Virus record (IMG/VR): IMGVR_UViG_3300025280_000039
Span: 1-55,777 of that record
Source: a virus
Taxonomy: Duplodnaviria; Caudoviricetes
Length of the DNA: 55,777 nt
Direction: 5' to 3' (one strand)
In this document: positions 54,215 to 55,777 of the stretch, piece after piece
How positions within the stretch are numbered: the first letter of the stretch is position 1
Layout: every line of letters begins with the position of its first letter
Position numbers and translations under genes: made by a program
The notes under the pieces: generated by a model
The model's database searches: none
What the model saw: the letters and a program-made list of their open reading frames with translations, nothing else
Told to the model about the DNA's origin: nothing

Positions 54215-54931
54215 ATGAGTTTAAATTGTGTAACCATGTCTGGCGCGAAGAAAACTGCCGGATGCGCCGTAACGTATCGGTCAGGCGATCAAAACATGTT
54301 CGGCACGTGTCCTGATACATGCAAGCTTAAGCCTGCTGACAAGTGTGGATCGCCTAAACTGGATCGCGCTTATTGGAAAGCGGTACGCAATGCCAAGCCT
54401 AGGCGCGGCGCTTCGTTTACTTACTCTCATTTCTCACCAAGCCTGTGGCCAGACGCTAACCGCGATGGTGTAACTACCGTTAACTATTCTGCCGATACGC
54501 CACGCGCCGCGGCCATGCATACCGCCAGCGGTACCGCTAGCGTTACGGTGGTTCCGCAAACATGGTGGGGATCGAACCACAAGCATACGTTTGTCGATGG
54601 CGTTCGAGGCGTTAGATGTTTGGCCGAGTACATAGACAATGTGACATGTGCTAATTGTGGTGGTGGGGATCCATTGTGCGCGCGGTGGGATCGTGACTAC
54701 TTTATAGTATTCACGGCTCACGGTGCATCAAAGCGGTTAGCCGAAACCTTAGACGAGGACGGCGGTTGCTATGGTAACGGTGGCAACGTGCGGCTGCATT
54801 GGGATCGGTTGTCGAAAACCCAGCAAACCGAAACGGACGCCCAAAAGCTAAAGCGATGGGTACGCGATGAACTACCGGCGCGTGCTATTCTCCGTCACCA
54901 CGTAGTCGGCGACATGGGGAAAGAATCGTAA
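54215..54931 (+). CDS. Cys-rich hypothetical protein (possible metal/Fe-S binding)
   Basis: TCPDTC, VRCLAE...TCANCGGGDPLC, FTAHG, GGCYG, LRHHVVGD. Confidence 0.65.
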   Translation: MSLNCVTMSGAKKTAGCAVTYRSGDQNMFGTCPDTCKLKPADKCGSPKLDRAYWKAVRNAKPRRGASFTYSHFSPSLWPDANRDGVTTVNYSADTPRAAAMHTASGTASVTVVPQTWWGSNHKHTFVDGVRGVRCLAEYIDNVTCANCGGGDPLCARWDRDYFIVFTAHGASKRLAETLDEDGGCYGNGGNVRLHWDRLSKTQQTETDAQKLKRWVRDELPARAILRHHVVGDMGKES

Positions 54932-55069
54932 GAAACGTAGCCGGCGCCTCGAGCTCGAGGCGCCGGCTTGACCTGGCAGCCAAGCTCGAGTTAGATTGCT
55001 CCCCACTCCTCTGCGCACCGTTGGGGACCTTCAAGCACACGCTGCCTTAAGGCCCCGACCTGCGCCTTC

Positions 55070-55098
55070 GGCCCCGACTCACATCGGGGCCTTTTTTT
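55070..55098 (+). terminator. intrinsic terminator
   Basis: GGCCCCGA-CTCACA-TCGGGGCC then T7. Confidence 0.7.
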
Positions 55099-55242
55099 GC
55101 CCCGACCCCGACCCGAAACGCCAGCGATGAATCCCCGACCCCGACCCGAAACGCCAGCAATGAATCCCCGACCCCGACCCGATTTGACGGGATATGTGAA
55201 ATCGTGATAAAGTGGGCGCTCGTCAACAAACCGGAGTTCGAA

Positions 55243-55506
55243 ATGAAAAACTACAAACAAAAGATTAAGGAATTGGGCTTTTCCGTTATGCGCGGTGGTT
55301 ATCACGGCACCACCGATGACCGCATTGACCGGTGGTACGTGGAGCACCCGGCCACAGACTGTGTAGACCATCGTGGATCTGGATTCAAAACATTGCGAGA
55401 CGCATATCACGCCACCGCTGAGGTAGTAATGATGTGGAGAGTCGATGAGGAGGAAATCATCAGGTCAGAAACTTGCTCGACGTCAGCAAGTTCTCGGAGA
55501 CCTTAA
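55243..55506 (+). CDS. hypothetical protein
   Basis: GGAG SD, MKNYKQKIK start. Confidence 0.55.
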   Translation: MKNYKQKIKELGFSVMRGGYHGTTDDRIDRWYVEHPATDCVDHRGSGFKTLRDAYHATAEVVMMWRVDEEEIIRSETCSTSASSRRP

Positions 55507-55777
55507 GATGTGAGACTATTCCAAGCACAACCCGGTTTTGCCCCCCTCCGGTTGTTGACGCTACTTAAAGGGGGCAATCGGCCACCGGGGTTTCTATCCC
55601 TTCCCCGGTGGCCCGGTCGGAGCTCTCAGCCCCTTGCTAGAGCTCCGACCACCTTTTCCTCACCCAGCTACGCTACCCCGCCGGCGCTACCTGGCCTCGA
55701 GACTCTGAGCCCGACCCCCGACCCCGACTCCCGACCCCGACCCGACTATTACGGTTCCCGAACCCCGACCCCGACTA

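Noticed and set aside
54991-55070. Possible tRNA-like element
   Set aside because: No convincing T-loop or cloverleaf seen; I found no tRNA or rRNA elsewhere by eye
1-55777. Complete circular genome or integrated prophage
   Set aside because: No terminal overlap, integrase or host genes seen; the nuclease ORF runs off the left edge, so completeness cannot be shown

Overview
The window looks like a near-complete ~56 kb genome of a tailed dsDNA phage with a podovirus-like gene set. The replication module (SNF2 helicase, probable SSB, AEP primase, UvrD helicase, family A DNA polymerase with Leu762) lies at ~7-16 kb. A long minus-strand morphogenesis operon (TerL, holins, portal, GroES, scaffold, major capsid, adaptors, two tail fibres, nozzle, ejection proteins, M15A endolysin) lies at ~17-50 kb. 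An early/anti-defence region (ArdC, small genes, many repeats) lies at 50-55.8 kb, and TerS plus a PD-(D/E)XK nuclease sit at the left edge. The standout is 2428-4120: a 290-aa IS110/Nop-like protein lacking both the RuvC/DEDD domain and the IS110 catalytic-serine loop, followed directly by an ~810-bp non-coding array of ~43 degenerate 10-nt repeats (consensus GAGNGAWYCA) separated by variable 8-9-nt spacers (18-nt period, 36 nt per pair). This is the architecture of a TIGR-Tas RNA-guided system with a nuclease-less TasA-type effector. Second, two tandem type I hammerhead ribozyme motifs (51688-51748, 51954-52017) flank a 59-aa ORF downstream of ardC. Other non-coding features include an inverted-repeat/iteron origin-like region (869-1247), palindromic 26-bp repeats plus IHF-consensus sites upstream of terL, and clusters of CCCCGA repeats. 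All assignments come from reading motifs by eye; no database searches were run.
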